Below the pieces are notes generated by a model. That model saw only the letters and a program-made list of their open reading frames with translations. It was not told the origin of the DNA and searched no databases. DNA of 64,000 bases from assembly GCF_001194135.2 (NCBI RefSeq), contig NC_068993.1, positions 14,052,876-14,116,875 on the forward strand, in the 5' to 3' direction. Shown piece after piece: positions 40,621-53,383 of this stretch. The DNA is from Octopus bimaculoides. Lineage: Eukaryota. Within the stretch, counting starts at the first letter, position 1. Every line of letters begins with the position of its first letter. The translations under genes and the position numbers were made by a program.

Positions 40621-41389
40621 AGTTGATAAGAGATCTAAATTACACGCTCGAACCTGTTTCTGAATAGACGTGTTGTATGCGTATACTGAAGTATGTAAAG
40701 TAAGCAATAAAAGAATAAATAACTCAATAGATGTCATCACGATTGTATATTTACAACCAGTTGAGGTTTCTTTTCTCGATATTTTGTATACAACGCCTGC
40801 CATGGCACTGAGATACTCAAAAGGGTGAAATTTATTTTACAACTGAATTGTTAATGACAATACAATTTGTATTTTCCTATTAGCAAGTTCAAAATAATGT
40901 GATAGCAAGAATTTATAAATTGGGAGAAAGTCTATTTGATAGAATAAGATAAAGGGGAATGTCTACCGCCAAGAGGTTAAATTCTAAAGAGGCACGAATT
41001 TGAAGATTTATGAGATGAAGTGTAAACTTCAAGTCGTGATATTTATTCGTGTTTGAAAAACGTTAACCTCGCAAGAGAAAACGATAAAGTATAAAGTATG
41101 TTTTCTTCGTTCAGCACGAACAACTCTTAGCTAGTCGCCTTGAACGCTTTATGATTATGAATACAGATTTGTTATATAAATACATGTGGCATTTCTTTGG
41201 GAGGATATAAATCGTCAATACATTCGCTATGTCACTAATTGTTCATTTATTCGACTCGAACTGATAAAAGGGATTTGAACTTAGAGACTAGATAAACAAA
41301 ACTAGATAACTAGTTTAATACTGTGCTCATCCAGCTGTCTCCACTTCCTTAGTATTTTAAATATAAACCAACTGCCATATTTATATTTA

Positions 41390-41620
41390 TTTCTTTATTG
41401 AGCACAGGAGGCTATACATAGAGGGGACAAATAATGACAGACAAAGGGATTGAGTCGATTACATCGATCTCAGTGCGTAACTGGTACTTATTTAGTCAAC
41501 CGCGTAAGGATGAAAGGCAAAGTCGACCTCGGCGGAATTTGAATTCAGAACGTAGAGACAGACGAAATACCGCTAAGCATTTGGCCCTGCGTGCTAACGT
41601 TTCTGCCAGCTCGCCGCCTT
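41390..41620 (-). mobile_element. SINE family A (variant with extra module)
   Basis: aaggatgaaaggcaaagtcgacctcggcggaatttgaattcagaacg...tttctgccagctcgccgcctt. Confidence 0.92.
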
Positions 41621-41744
41621 AACCTCCATACTTATACTTGGACAAACATGACGCTGTGATTTCTGTACAGTCTAAGCCGGCTCATACATACTCATACTAA
41701 GTTACGATTTAAAGCTGAATTCTACCTCAATTCACTAAGAATAA

Positions 41745-41760
41745 TAACAACAACACCAAC

Positions 41761-41821
<61 letters not shown>
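41745..41821. repeat. (AAT)n microsatellite
   Basis: Seen directly. Confidence 0.97.
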
Positions 41822-42535
41822 TCTCTCTTTAAAGAAATTCGTGGCAGATGTATCAACGAAGTTCTAGTAAATATTTATTCTTCAAAGTTTGTGTTGAAAT
41901 AAATATCTGAATCCAGACGTTGCTGCGGTAATTATCTAGAGGAAGAAATTGTTTACATGACTACAGAGGGTAGAAAAGCCTTAGCTTTAAAAATACTTAT
42001 AGTCATCTGCCAACGAATATGAATATGAAACCTTTGTTTAATATCTGGGAAATTTCTGTTTTAAATTGACATTTTATCTGTGACTCTGCCCCGTTCAACT
42101 TTTTCCTCTAAACACGTAGATATATAGATGTATGCAAACATACACACAATACTATACGAACATACGTACACAAATACATACACCTATAAAATCGCACACA
42201 AAGCAGAAATAAATTGAATTGTTAGATCTGTTAGATGAGAATTAATTAATTTCTACAAGAAATAGCTTTTATATTCTTCAATCCTTGTTTATATTATAAT
42301 TCCAAGTGTTTTTTTTTTCTCGGTTATTCGTGGCTTTCATGGTATTATTCATGTATTTAACTGCCTTTGTTTCCTTTTTCCAGACGTAGTATTGTATTTC
42401 TTAGTCACGTCATTATAAATTACTTTGTATGTGAGTGTTTCCAGGGAAGCCGTATTAATATCTCTGTAAGAAAACAGTAATGCTCCCCCAACTACACAAG
42501 CACATGGAAACCTAAATATATGTGTTGTGTGTGCG

Positions 42536-42582
<47 letters not shown>

Positions 42583-42773
42583 NNNNNNNNNNNNNNNNNN
42601 NNNNNNNNNNNNNNNNNNNNNNNNNNNNNNNNNNNNNNNNNNNNNNNNNNNNNNNNNNNNNNNNNNNNNNNNNNNNNNNNNNNNNNNNNNNNNNNNNNNN
42701 NNNNNNNNNNNNNNNNNNNNNNNNNNNNNNNNNNNNNNNNNNNNNNNNNNNNNNNNNNNNNNNNNNNNNNNNN

Positions 42774-42808
<35 letters not shown>

Positions 42809-43244
42809 AGTACGTATAGCTATATGTATAGCTATATATATACATAAGTACGTATAGCTATATGGCTAAATTCTTTGTGAAACGCGGTGTTTCGAAGTTA
42901 TTCTCTCTGCATAGTAGCTATGGCACTTGTAAAACTTTCACAAATGTGTTTTTGCAACACACATGATATACTCCAAAGTCACCCCTTCTTCATTAAGATC
43001 TCTCTATCAATAAACTACCAGTAATCGTTTTGCAGTAATGTACGGCTTCTATAAGTATCGTCTATGTTGACTATTTACTACCATTTCCTTCGAAACACTC
43101 ACTATGTTGTCATACATTTTGATCCACTTCTATCCCTGCGTTATAAACCCGTCAAATTTTGCTTATTTTTCAATACTGATAAGACGTTTTACAATTGTAC
43201 TTTTACGTTTTCATAACTACTTATTGTGCACCTTATCCGAGGAT

Positions 43245-43304
43245 TTAAACACACACACACACATACAAACACATATGCACATACACACATATACACACAA
43301 ACAT

Positions 43305-43361
<57 letters not shown>

Positions 43362-43370
43362 AACACACAT
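43245..43370. repeat. (CA)n microsatellite
   Basis: Seen directly. Confidence 0.97.
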
Positions 43371-43371
43371 A

Positions 43372-43530
43372 TAGGCGCAGGTGTGGCTGCATGGTAATAA
43401 GTTTGCTTCCCAACCACATGACTGCAGTTTCAGTTCCACTTTTACTATAGCTTCTGGCTAACCAAAGACTTGTGTGTGGATTTGGTCCACGGAAACTGAA
43501 AAAAAAACCCGTAGTGTATATATATATATA
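43372..43530 (+). mobile_element. SINE C/B head
   Basis: ggcgcaggtgtggctgcatggtaataagtttgcttcccaaccacatg...ggatttggtccacggaaactgaa. Confidence 0.85.
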
Positions 43531-43547
43531 TATAAAGCAGTTGTATA

Positions 43548-43723
43548 CTGTCAACTTAACGTGACAGTCCCAATAAGGGAATATACTACTGCTATTTAGC
43601 CCTAGGAAGCTGGACCGCTTCTTGTCGGCCTTGACACATTTCCTGTGTCCTTATGCTTGTGAGGGGGAGACAAACTCCTCCACCCAGCTCAGCCTTATTG
43701 GGACTGTCACGTTAAGTTGACAG
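43548..43723. mobile_element. MITE-like element with a perfect 31-bp inverted repeat
   Basis: ctgtcaacttaacgtgacagtcccaataagg (43548-43578) is the exact reverse complement of 43693-43723. Confidence 0.85.
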
Positions 43724-44984
43724 CATAAGTCTTCGATATACAAGCTCACCACCGGTATCAATTTCTCATTTCAATATACATATAATTTGTGTCTGAGACA
43801 ATATAATTATCCTTTTTACAGACTATGAAAGAAATGCAACTTGCAAATGAAGTAGGATAAACAATGGCTCAAAAACAGGTCAAAATTCTGTTCAGACCTT
43901 TTAAGAAAACCTTAAATTCTGAACCAATTTGAAGTGACTTCAAACATTTCATAAATATTTAAGTAGCATCTGTATTATAGCGATACGAAATCTCTGAATT
44001 AATCGGGATATGAGGTGGGAACTCTATTCCTGCTTCATTCAAATCAGTATATTTTAAAGAATGCATGTGTGGATTCCCTGAATGAAAAGAGTGACTATAA
44101 ACAAATAAATACTTTCAGCAAATTTATTGAATACAATATCAATTCTTAACTACTCCATAAAATGTTATTATAGTAAATGATATAAACATCAAATGAATGT
44201 CTGCTTCAATTTAAATAGTTTTATTTTTCAAAGTGAGACTTCCACTCCAATTAAATACAGCGTTCTATTGTTTATGTTACAGTATGAAATTCCTGAGATG
44301 ACTAAATATAAATTAGCACTATTTTTTTCTTAAAATATTCCAATCGGCTTGCGCAAAATGGGCATAAGTATATCACTTTTTCATCTGAGATGATATGGAA
44401 TTTCTTGTTTGAACTGACTAGGGAAATCTTACTGCTGGTGCGATTGAAATTTCAATGTCAATTACAAAAGTAGTAATAATAATAAATTATTATNNNNNNN
44501 NNNNNNNNNNNNNNNNNNNNNNNNNNNNNNNNNNNNNNNNNNNNNNNNNNNNNNNNNNNNNNNNNNNNNNNNNNNNNNNNNNNNNNNNNNNNNNNNNNNN
44601 NNNNNNNNNNNNNNNNNNNNNNNNNNNNNNNNNNNNNNNNNNNNNNNNNNNNNNNNNNNNNNNNNNNNNNNNNNNNNNNNNNNNNNNNNNNNNNNNNNNN
44701 NNNNNNNNNNNNNNNNNNNNNNNNNNNNNNNNNNNNNNNNNNNNNNNNNNNNNNNNNNNNNNNNNNNNNNNNNNNNNNNNNNNNNNNNNNNNNNNNNNNN
44801 NNNNNNNNNNNNNNNNNNNNNNNNNNNNNNNNNNNNNNNNNNNNNNNNNNNNNNNNNNNNNNNNNNNNNNNNNNNNNNNNNNNNNNNNNNNNNNNNNNNN
44901 NNNNNNNNNNNNNNNNNNNNNNNNNNNNNNNNNNNNNNNNNNNNNNNNNNNNNNTATATATATATATATATTTATATATGTATG

Positions 44985-45027
<43 letters not shown>

Positions 45028-45414
45028 GTGCGCATATGCATGAGTGCACGTGTACGTACGCACATGCGCTTATGTGTATGAGTGTGGGAGTAGATGTGCG
45101 GGCGTGTGTCTGTGAGAGTGATTGTGTGTGTGTATGGTTGTGGATATATATTCACTTTCACATACAGTCAGTCACACGCAAACAGACACGCATATGTCAG
45201 TAGCGACACCTGCTGCATATGACATCACGTGCCATGTTAAAAATCAAAGTCATATAATTGACGTAGATTACATACATCATGCATGTAACCTACTTCCCGG
45301 ATTCGCTTATATAAATGGAAAATGCATATCAAATTCTGATTTGTTATTTGCAGTCATTTATATAGGAAGCTTATAGAATGTGCTTTGCATTCATACAGGA
45401 AACGTGTGTGTGTA

Positions 45415-45592
45415 TCTTCTTCTTCTTCTTCTTCTTCTTCTTCTTCTTCTTCTTCTTCTTCTTCTTCTTCTTCTTCTTCTTCTTCTTCTTCTTCTTCTTC
45501 TTCTTCTTCTTCTTCTTCTTCTTCTTCTTCTTCTTCTTCTTCAGAACAGCAACAACAACAGCAATAATAATTACAACAACGACAACAACAAC

Positions 45593-45625
<33 letters not shown>
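45415..45625. repeat. Pure (TTC)n (~43 units) followed by (AAC)/(AAT)n
   Basis: Seen directly. Confidence 0.97.
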
Positions 45626-45634
45626 AAAGATAAG

Positions 45635-45835
45635 ACAAGCTGGCAGAAATGTTAGCACGCTGGACGAAATGCTTCGCGATATTTTGTTCGTCGCTAGTTT
45701 CTGAGTTCAAATTCCGCCGAGGTCGACTTTGCCTTTTATCATTTGTGTATCAATGAATTAAGTACCAGTGAAACACTGGGATCAATGTAATGAATTGGTC
45801 CCCTCACCCAAATTTCAGGCCTTGCGCTTTCAGTA
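45635..45835 (+). mobile_element. SINE family A
   Basis: aagctggcagaaatgttagcacg...gagttcaaattccgccgaggtcgactttgcc. Confidence 0.9.
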
Positions 45836-45883
45836 GATTGCTGTTCACTGTTATTATTATTATTATTATTAGTAGTAGTAGTG

Positions 45884-46214
45884 TGAAGGCGCTTGGCTCA
45901 GTGGTTAGAACGTCGAGCTCACGATCATGAGGTAATGACTTCGATTCCCGGACTGGGCTGAGCAAGATAATTTATTTCACGTTGTTCCATTTCACTCAGC
46001 TGCAGAAATGAATTGCGACGTCGGTGGTGCCAAGTTGTATCGGCCTTTGACCTTCCCGTGGATATCATTGGCGGCGTGGAGAGGGGAGGCGGGTATGTAT
46101 GAGCAACTTCTGGTCTTACATAAACAACTTTGGCCGGACCTTTACCTCGCAGAGTAACTTTGTAGGTGCAATCGCACGGTCATTCATGACCAAAGTGGAT
46201 ATTTACCCTTTACC

Positions 46215-46215
<1 letters not shown>
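45884..46215 (+). mobile_element. tRNA-derived SINE family F
   Basis: A-box-like TGGCTCAGTGG and B-box-like ACTTCGATTCC, ~330 bp, ending tttaccctttacc before (AGT)n. Confidence 0.75.
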
Positions 46216-46268
<53 letters not shown>

Positions 46269-46300
46269 TGGTGTTGTTGTTGTTGTGTTGCTGTTGATGT
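46214..46300. repeat. (AGT)n then (GTT)n
   Basis: Seen directly. Confidence 0.95.
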
Positions 46301-46971
46301 CGTTGTAGCAGCAGCCACAGCAGTAACAACGGCAACCTGAGCAGCAATGGTGTTTGGATTTTGACGTTGCAATTAATTATTTGTGCGAGAAGCATTAGAT
46401 ATAACAGTATGTCTGGTGTTAATGATATGAAAATTGCTATCGTTACTTCTGTTGATTCGTATTGCTGTTGGTATTTGTGAAATGTGTATCCTGAAGGATT
46501 TGATATTAACTGAAGCAATCATAATGGGAACGTAGTTGACGTTAATTTCATCGTTGATTCAAGCTTCTTAGGTAATAACACCGTTGCTCAAAAGACTAAT
46601 ATCGATAGCAATAATGGTGAGAATCCAAATTTCCAATCACTGATAAGGACTGAAATATATCGATTTCAAGTACCTCAGTAATCCTTCTGCAGAGCGCTGA
46701 ACAATACAGCGAGTTAAAATGGGGAAAAGAAATAAAGGAAATAACAACGATTTCTTTGAATGTGAAAAAAAATCTCACGAAATTCAATCTTCTTCCCACC
46801 ACTGCAATGAATTCGTGACAAAAGCACTCAAATTACAAACAACCCAGTTTGCACCAATAGTCGAGCCTCAACATAGTCGTCTTTTTTGCTAGACATAGGA
46901 GTCAAATTTTATTTAAATATTGAAATACGTTCTTGCAAACAGGTGATTCAAATAGTACCTTCGATATACCT

Positions 46972-47035
46972 TATCCGTGTTTCAGACACTGGACTGCGGC
47001 CATGCTGGGACACCATTATGTGGGGTTTAGTAGTA
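46972..47035 (-). mobile_element. SINE C/B 3' module fragment
   Basis: tttcagacactggactgcggccatgctgggacacc. Confidence 0.65.
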
Positions 47036-48010
47036 TAAATATACTAGGAACAACATAACTGACAGAAGAATACGTGAGTTTGCTCAAGAATACGGGATTT
47101 TCTTCATAATGTTTTCTTCACATCAAAAGCTCACCTTCTTCTTGATATATGAAAACGTTTACACAAGAATGTAATAATCCAAATACTTTCGAGAGGCATA
47201 TGTTCTATCAAGAAATTCAATATCAACGTGTTCTGATTAGAAGTTTTAAAAATACTCAAGTTCACATGTGTTTAGAAATATGGATTGTGTTTTTCATATC
47301 GTTTTGAAGATGGATTGAATATGGATTTTTATCATCAGCACTTTCAGAACATCACGGCTTTCCGCTGCTCTATAGGATTAGCTTCTAGTGAGAGTAAGGA
47401 TGTCTTATCGTGTCCACTTTACTAAACAACTGCAGTCATTATTCACAATCTTTTCGGTGCATATTGTCACACTGAGATTATTGGATAACAGCATACGATT
47501 AGCATGAAAAATGGTGGATGTTGCTTTTGTTATTTTAACCTTTTCTTTTCCTCGTGCTTCTATGAGAGGTAGAAACCATATGTGATCATGTGTTTTTGAG
47601 GTCTGAGTGTAAATGCTAGCTGATTTTATTTGGTTCTCATTTCTGCGGGTGTAGTATACACACAGAAGATGCTTTAACACAGAATATGCTTTCCCTTAAA
47701 TACACTCTCCTTATATCCTTGTTTGATTTTGCTATTTAAATTATAATTTCTCTAAGTGAGTGATAAATATGTCCTTTAATAGGTCACTCTAAGGTTCTAT
47801 GATAAAATTGAAACAACTGCTAACGTGTCAAACATTTTTATATTTAAACTCAATTCATTCGACAGTCATCCAGACTGAAATAATATCTTCATTAAGACTG
47901 AAAATAATATATAAAGTTGGCAATAATATCTCAAATGTGCCAACATTTCACAAGAAGGGCATTTTCTTCCGAATGCTCATTAAATTATCGCTTTGACTTA
48001 AGTTCGCTGT

Positions 48011-48051
<41 letters not shown>

Positions 48052-48057
<6 letters not shown>

Positions 48058-48180
48058 GCACAAGCGGAATTGTGTCGTAAAAAGCTTGCTTACAGGGTTC
48101 AGTGCCACTGAATAACACCTTGGACAAGTGTGTTCTAATATAGATTAAGAACGTCCAAAGCTTTGTGAATGAATATGCGT
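48052..48180 (+). mobile_element. SINE C/B head, degenerate
   Basis: aggcacaagcggaattgtgtcgtaaaaagcttgcttac...accttggacaagtgtgttcta. Confidence 0.65.
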
Positions 48181-48764
48181 ATGTGTTTACAAATGCTATA
48201 TTATTTATTTCATCACGTAAACGTATACGTACATTTTTACATCAATATATATGCTCAGCATTTTATAGTTTTAAATTTTCAAATTAATGACAATATAAAA
48301 ATATAAATTTTGTGAAACTGTCTTGTAATGTTTTAGCATTTGTAACACGAATTCCCGGTATGAATGCACTCAAATCAATTATGCCTATGCACTCGTAAAA
48401 AATAAGCATAAAACAGAACTTACTATCCTTCAATTAAGTAAAATAACAGGAAAAAATACAACATAAGTAGATATAAAGAAAATATTAGGAAACTTATAAA
48501 AGAATAATTCGGGGATAAGGAAACAAAAGACAAGAAAATTCTATAAATGATGAGTAGGCTGTTCAACTGTGGCTAAGGATTCGAAAAGCATTTATGCATG
48601 AGTGCTTCAAGCTAGGGATTTACAAGTGGACTTAAGAAGTATGTTTTTCAATTATCAATCTTTATTGAAAATCAGTCTTTGATTACCTTTGTTCATAAAA
48701 AATGCTACTACGATCTCACACATGCACGAATACACACATTTAATATTCCAAGCCATATAGCATA

Positions 48765-48850
48765 TGCCATGTACGATGTACATACATACATATTCTGCCA
48801 TGTACAATGTACATACATACATATTATGCCATGTACAATGTACATACATA
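48765..48850. repeat. 31-bp tandem repeat, ~3 copies
   Basis: Unit tgccatgtacaatgtacatacatacatatt(a/c) starts at 48765, 48796 and 48827. Confidence 0.9.
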
Positions 48851-50539
48851 TACAAACACATATGTATAAACGCACACGTGTGAGCTATAGGTAGCAATTC
48901 CGCAACACAAAATGGAATGATACACTTCACCGAGAGACAAAGTTTACAACTTCTGAAATCATCCCGATTGTAATTTGTTTTCTATCAATGATATATGGCT
49001 CATAAGTTTGTTAAAATTCTCCTTTTTTAATGTTCATACATCTTTAAATAATTTCTGACGTCTAAATATATACATACACATGTGGTTGGATAAACTAAAG
49101 GGTGTTATAATTACTTGAAGAAATATTTTGGTGCTTCTACTTGAAATCTATCTATTGCTATTCATCTTATGTTTTGAAACCTCTAGTACGATCTAGTGGG
49201 CACCATTTCCTTTGAAAATACTTCCAGAAAACGCAAACGTGGATTGTCCCCTTGTTTTATGTTTACAACTCGCTAATTGGTAGAAACATTGTTATTTTCA
49301 GTCGTAAACACAGCACCAGATGGTCGCCCACTTCAAAATCTCACAAGGATCTAATCAAACAAAATAATGCCCGTTAAAGCGTTACTGCCGTTTCAAAGTG
49401 TTAAAGAACGTATATACTACATATTAGTAAACTATTATTGATACGGTAGAAACATATTTTGCAACATTTGTTTCTGTATTGTTGCTATTACGAATATAAG
49501 TGATGTTCTGTAAGTAACGACTATCTAAGAACTAGGAGCTAATTTGATGTTTCATTATTATAATGAGCTGCCTGATTACTCTTATTTCCTGCCTCGGGAG
49601 AAATTGTATAGGTGCTAAAAATTGTTTTTATTCTATTTATGATCGTTTTCTATAAGAGCAATTCTTAGCAGTATATAAATCGAATGTTATTCCTAACGCT
49701 TTAAAAATATTACCTTTATTAGAATAGACGAATATTACAATTTAACAATATTCATTTCGAAATTCAGTTCCGTTTGTAAGAGACCATATTTCTTGGCAAC
49801 TACGCTTGACACACAAATATAGCAAAATAGCTAATACTTGTGACGTGTAGCGATAATACTAATATATGAAACATTATTAGAAACATAACTTCTATATTTC
49901 TAGGAACATTAGCTGCTTTAAAGGCGGTTGAACTCCTACTAGATATATTTACGAAGGAACTAATGTCTATATTACAGAAATTGATGAAACGTAGAGCTTC
50001 ACGCCGCAAAAGATGAAAAGTATTATGTTAACTGTTAAGAAAGAAAGAATCTATTTGTTTCTTCTAACTATTATATATATATCACTACATACATTGCATT
50101 TGCATTTGGGAAATTAATTGTACGCTTCACTTAACGATATCGAATCAAGATCGTCATCCATATTATAATATTAACAATAATATTTACTTCTAAGTTAATA
50201 GAATGACATACATTTAGAGATATCTTGGCTTAGTAGATGTGTCTGATATTTTAGAGGGGAGAATGGTATTTGATGATTTCGATATTGCATGTACTATTTT
50301 TTTTTTTTTACTTAGCGCTTAAGTGACAGTGTATTTCACAAGTACAAGAGCAGTGAAAGTAATTATGAAAGGAAATCACCACAACTAAGTGAAACAAGGC
50401 TGGGTAAATTCCATCAATCTGGCTTGTGCGGTGTTTCCCTCTACCGAGTGCCATTGAGAATGTATTAGTCAACCAAGGAAATCAATTTATGCGAAATGGA
50501 CGTAAACATTTAAGGTTCCTTAATTATAAGTCACATACA

Positions 50540-50564
50540 CACACACATATATACACACGCACAA

Positions 50565-50607
<43 letters not shown>

Positions 50608-50666
50608 GCGAGAGACAGATATATGTATATACATATATATATATATAAAGAGAGAGAGAGAGAAAG

Positions 50667-50723
<57 letters not shown>

Positions 50724-50800
50724 TATAGATAGATAGATAGATAGGTAGGTAGGTAGATGGATGGATGGATCGATCGATGGGTGAATGGATGGATCGATGG
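50540..50800. repeat. Compound (CA)(TA)(GA)(GATA)(GATG) microsatellite
   Basis: Seen directly. Confidence 0.95.
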
Positions 50801-50819
50801 GTATAGTTCAAATGTATAA

Positions 50820-50990
50820 GCAAGAAAGAGACGAAGACAGGTGAAGGAAGAAGCTGATGTATTAGTTTAATACTTGGGAAGAAAAGAAAAGTCTTTGAGG
50901 TTTCGACCTTACGCTCCTCGACAGAAAGGATTGAGAGGGAAAGAATGGAGAGAGAAAAGAATGTGTATGGACTAACGGTTCAACAAGATG
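50820..50990 (-). mobile_element. Element E copy
   Basis: gacgaagacaggtg...tgtattagttta...tttcgaccttacgctcctcgacagaaagg. Confidence 0.75.
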
Positions 50991-51369
50991 TAATGATTAT
51001 TGTTAATCACTACATTTCTATCTAGTCTTCTTCGTTTCAGTCAACACAGTAGAAACAAGCATGTGAAGAGTGTGTTGGTGTCTGTATGTATGTATGTTAT
51101 CAATCAGTTTCATTTCTGTATTTCTTGTCCATAGAGAAAGAGCCGGACTCTAACATAGATTCAAGGCTCCCTCATTGGAACTTTTATCAACATGATCTCG
51201 GTATTTGTGCATATGTGTGTGTGTGTGCAGTATTTGGTGTTAGTGTATGCGCAGATGTGTATGTTTGTTTTATGGATGCGTTTTTATGCATATATTTTCA
51301 TGTCTAGATGCATGCATATGTATTTATGTGCTAAATTTTTGGAAAGTTTTACATATCTTTGCAGTACCA

Positions 51370-51620
51370 TTGATGGCTTGAATCTGTAGTCTTCTAATCA
51401 GCCTTTTTCTCTTCAGGTTTTGAGAACCCTAATTTTTCCAGGTTTTTGTTGAGGCTGTTCGTTATATATCCCAATGCCCCAACAATCACGGGTATGAATC
51501 TGAACTTGTAGTCTGGGTGGCGTATGTGCAAATTTCTCAGTAGCTCGGCGTAGTTGTTCTCTTTTTCTCTAATCTTTAGCGTGATGTTGACATCCGCAGG
51601 ACAGCTAATTTCTACTACTA
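51370..51620 (-). mobile_element. RLE-type LINE (R4/Dong-like) endonuclease fragment
   Basis: VEISCPADVNITLKIREKENNYAELLRNL...RFIPVIVGALGYI matches E.S.P.D.....K..EK...Y..L and P.IVGALG. Confidence 0.85.
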
Positions 51621-51835
51621 TATATATATATAAATGCATACGTAGACCTACCCTTCACATATTTCTTTCTTTCGCGTTGAATGGAAAGAAAAAACACTCG
51701 ATAGAATAGTATACATTAATAGTATCATCATTCTGGTCACGGCTGCATGAAGTTTCACCTGTGGATGCACAGGCAAAATTCAAGACACTAATTCAACCAT
51801 AATAATGACAATGGTAATAATAATAATAATAATTG

Positions 51836-52216
51836 TTGTCGGCACTCCGTCGCTTACGACGTCGAGGGTTCCAGTTGATCCGATCAACGGAACAGCCTAC
51901 TGGTGAAATTAATGCGCAAGTGGTTGAGCACTCCACAGACACGTGTACCCTTAACGTAGTTCTCGGGGATATTCAGCGTGACACAGTGTAACAAGGCTGA
52001 CCCTTTGAATTACAGGCACACCAGAAACAGGAAGTAAGAGTGAGAGAAAGTTGTGGTGAAAGAGTACAGCAGGTTTCATCACTATCCCCTGCCGGAGCCT
52101 CATGGAACTTTAGGTGTTTTCGCTCAATAAACACTCACAACGCCCGGTCTGGGAATCGAAAGCGCGATCCTATGACCGCGATTCCGCTGCCTTAACCACT
52201 GGGCCATTGCGCCTCC
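51836..52216 (-). mobile_element. tRNA-derived SINE family D, tail type 2, inserted in (AAT)n
   Basis: Head ggaggcgcaatggcccagtggttaaggcagcgg...tttcgattccc; tail ends cgacggagtgccgacaacaa. Confidence 0.92.
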
Positions 52217-52283
<67 letters not shown>

Positions 52284-52311
52284 GTATATGCATGATATGT
52301 TTGTATGTGAG

Positions 52312-52351
<40 letters not shown>

Positions 52352-52561
52352 NNNNNNNNNNNNNNNNNNNNNNNNNNNNNNNNNNNNNNNNNNNNNNNNN
52401 NNNNNNNNNNNNNNNNNNNNNNNNNNNNNNNNNNNNNNNNNNNNNNNNNNNNNNNNNNNNNNNNNNNNNNNNNNNNNNNNNNNNNNNNNNNNNNNNNNNN
52501 NNNNNNNNNNNNNNNNNNNNNNNNNNNNNNNNNNNNNNNNNNNNNNNNNNNNNNNNNNNNN

Positions 52562-52616
<55 letters not shown>

Positions 52617-53350
52617 CATGCATACATGTATACATATACATAGATTCACGCGCACATAGACACATAACCAATAAAATAATTCAGAGATACAGACTCACAT
52701 CTGTACATCATATCGCTGTAAGCATATAAGTTTGTATATGAATAACTGCGCGCTTACATATCAGTTTGTACATGTGTATGATAAAAAAAATAAAGCATTC
52801 ATAATATCCTGTGCATAGATGTTTATATATACGAAAGAAAATTAAAAGTGTTAAAATTTTCAACTTGACAGAATACATTTGTAAGTGTAAATTTAGTAGA
52901 ATGTAGTCCAATTTCGCACATCAGAGAGAGACACACAAATTATTGCGACAAACGAAAAATATTTTTAAAGATAACGAATGGAAGGAAATATAGCTTCTAT
53001 CAAACTTAATGTTAACCGCAGTTTTAGTGACGCCAAAAAAAAAACAGAGAAATGAAATATATACAAGTAAATACACTGTATATCTGTTTAAAGATATATG
53101 CAAATAAGCGATATTATACGTGTGTATGTTTGTGCTTGCAAATGCGCATACGTATATGTGTGTGTGTGTATGTGTGTGTGTGTGTGTGTGTATACGTACG
53201 TATATGTACTGCGTATGTATAAGCAGATGGGTATGTACACACGCATATGTGTGCATATGCATACATATTTATGTATATATATATAAATATATATATATAC
53301 ATATGTATATGTACATCGCCATATGCTTATATATACATATATACATATAC

Positions 53351-53383
<33 letters not shown>

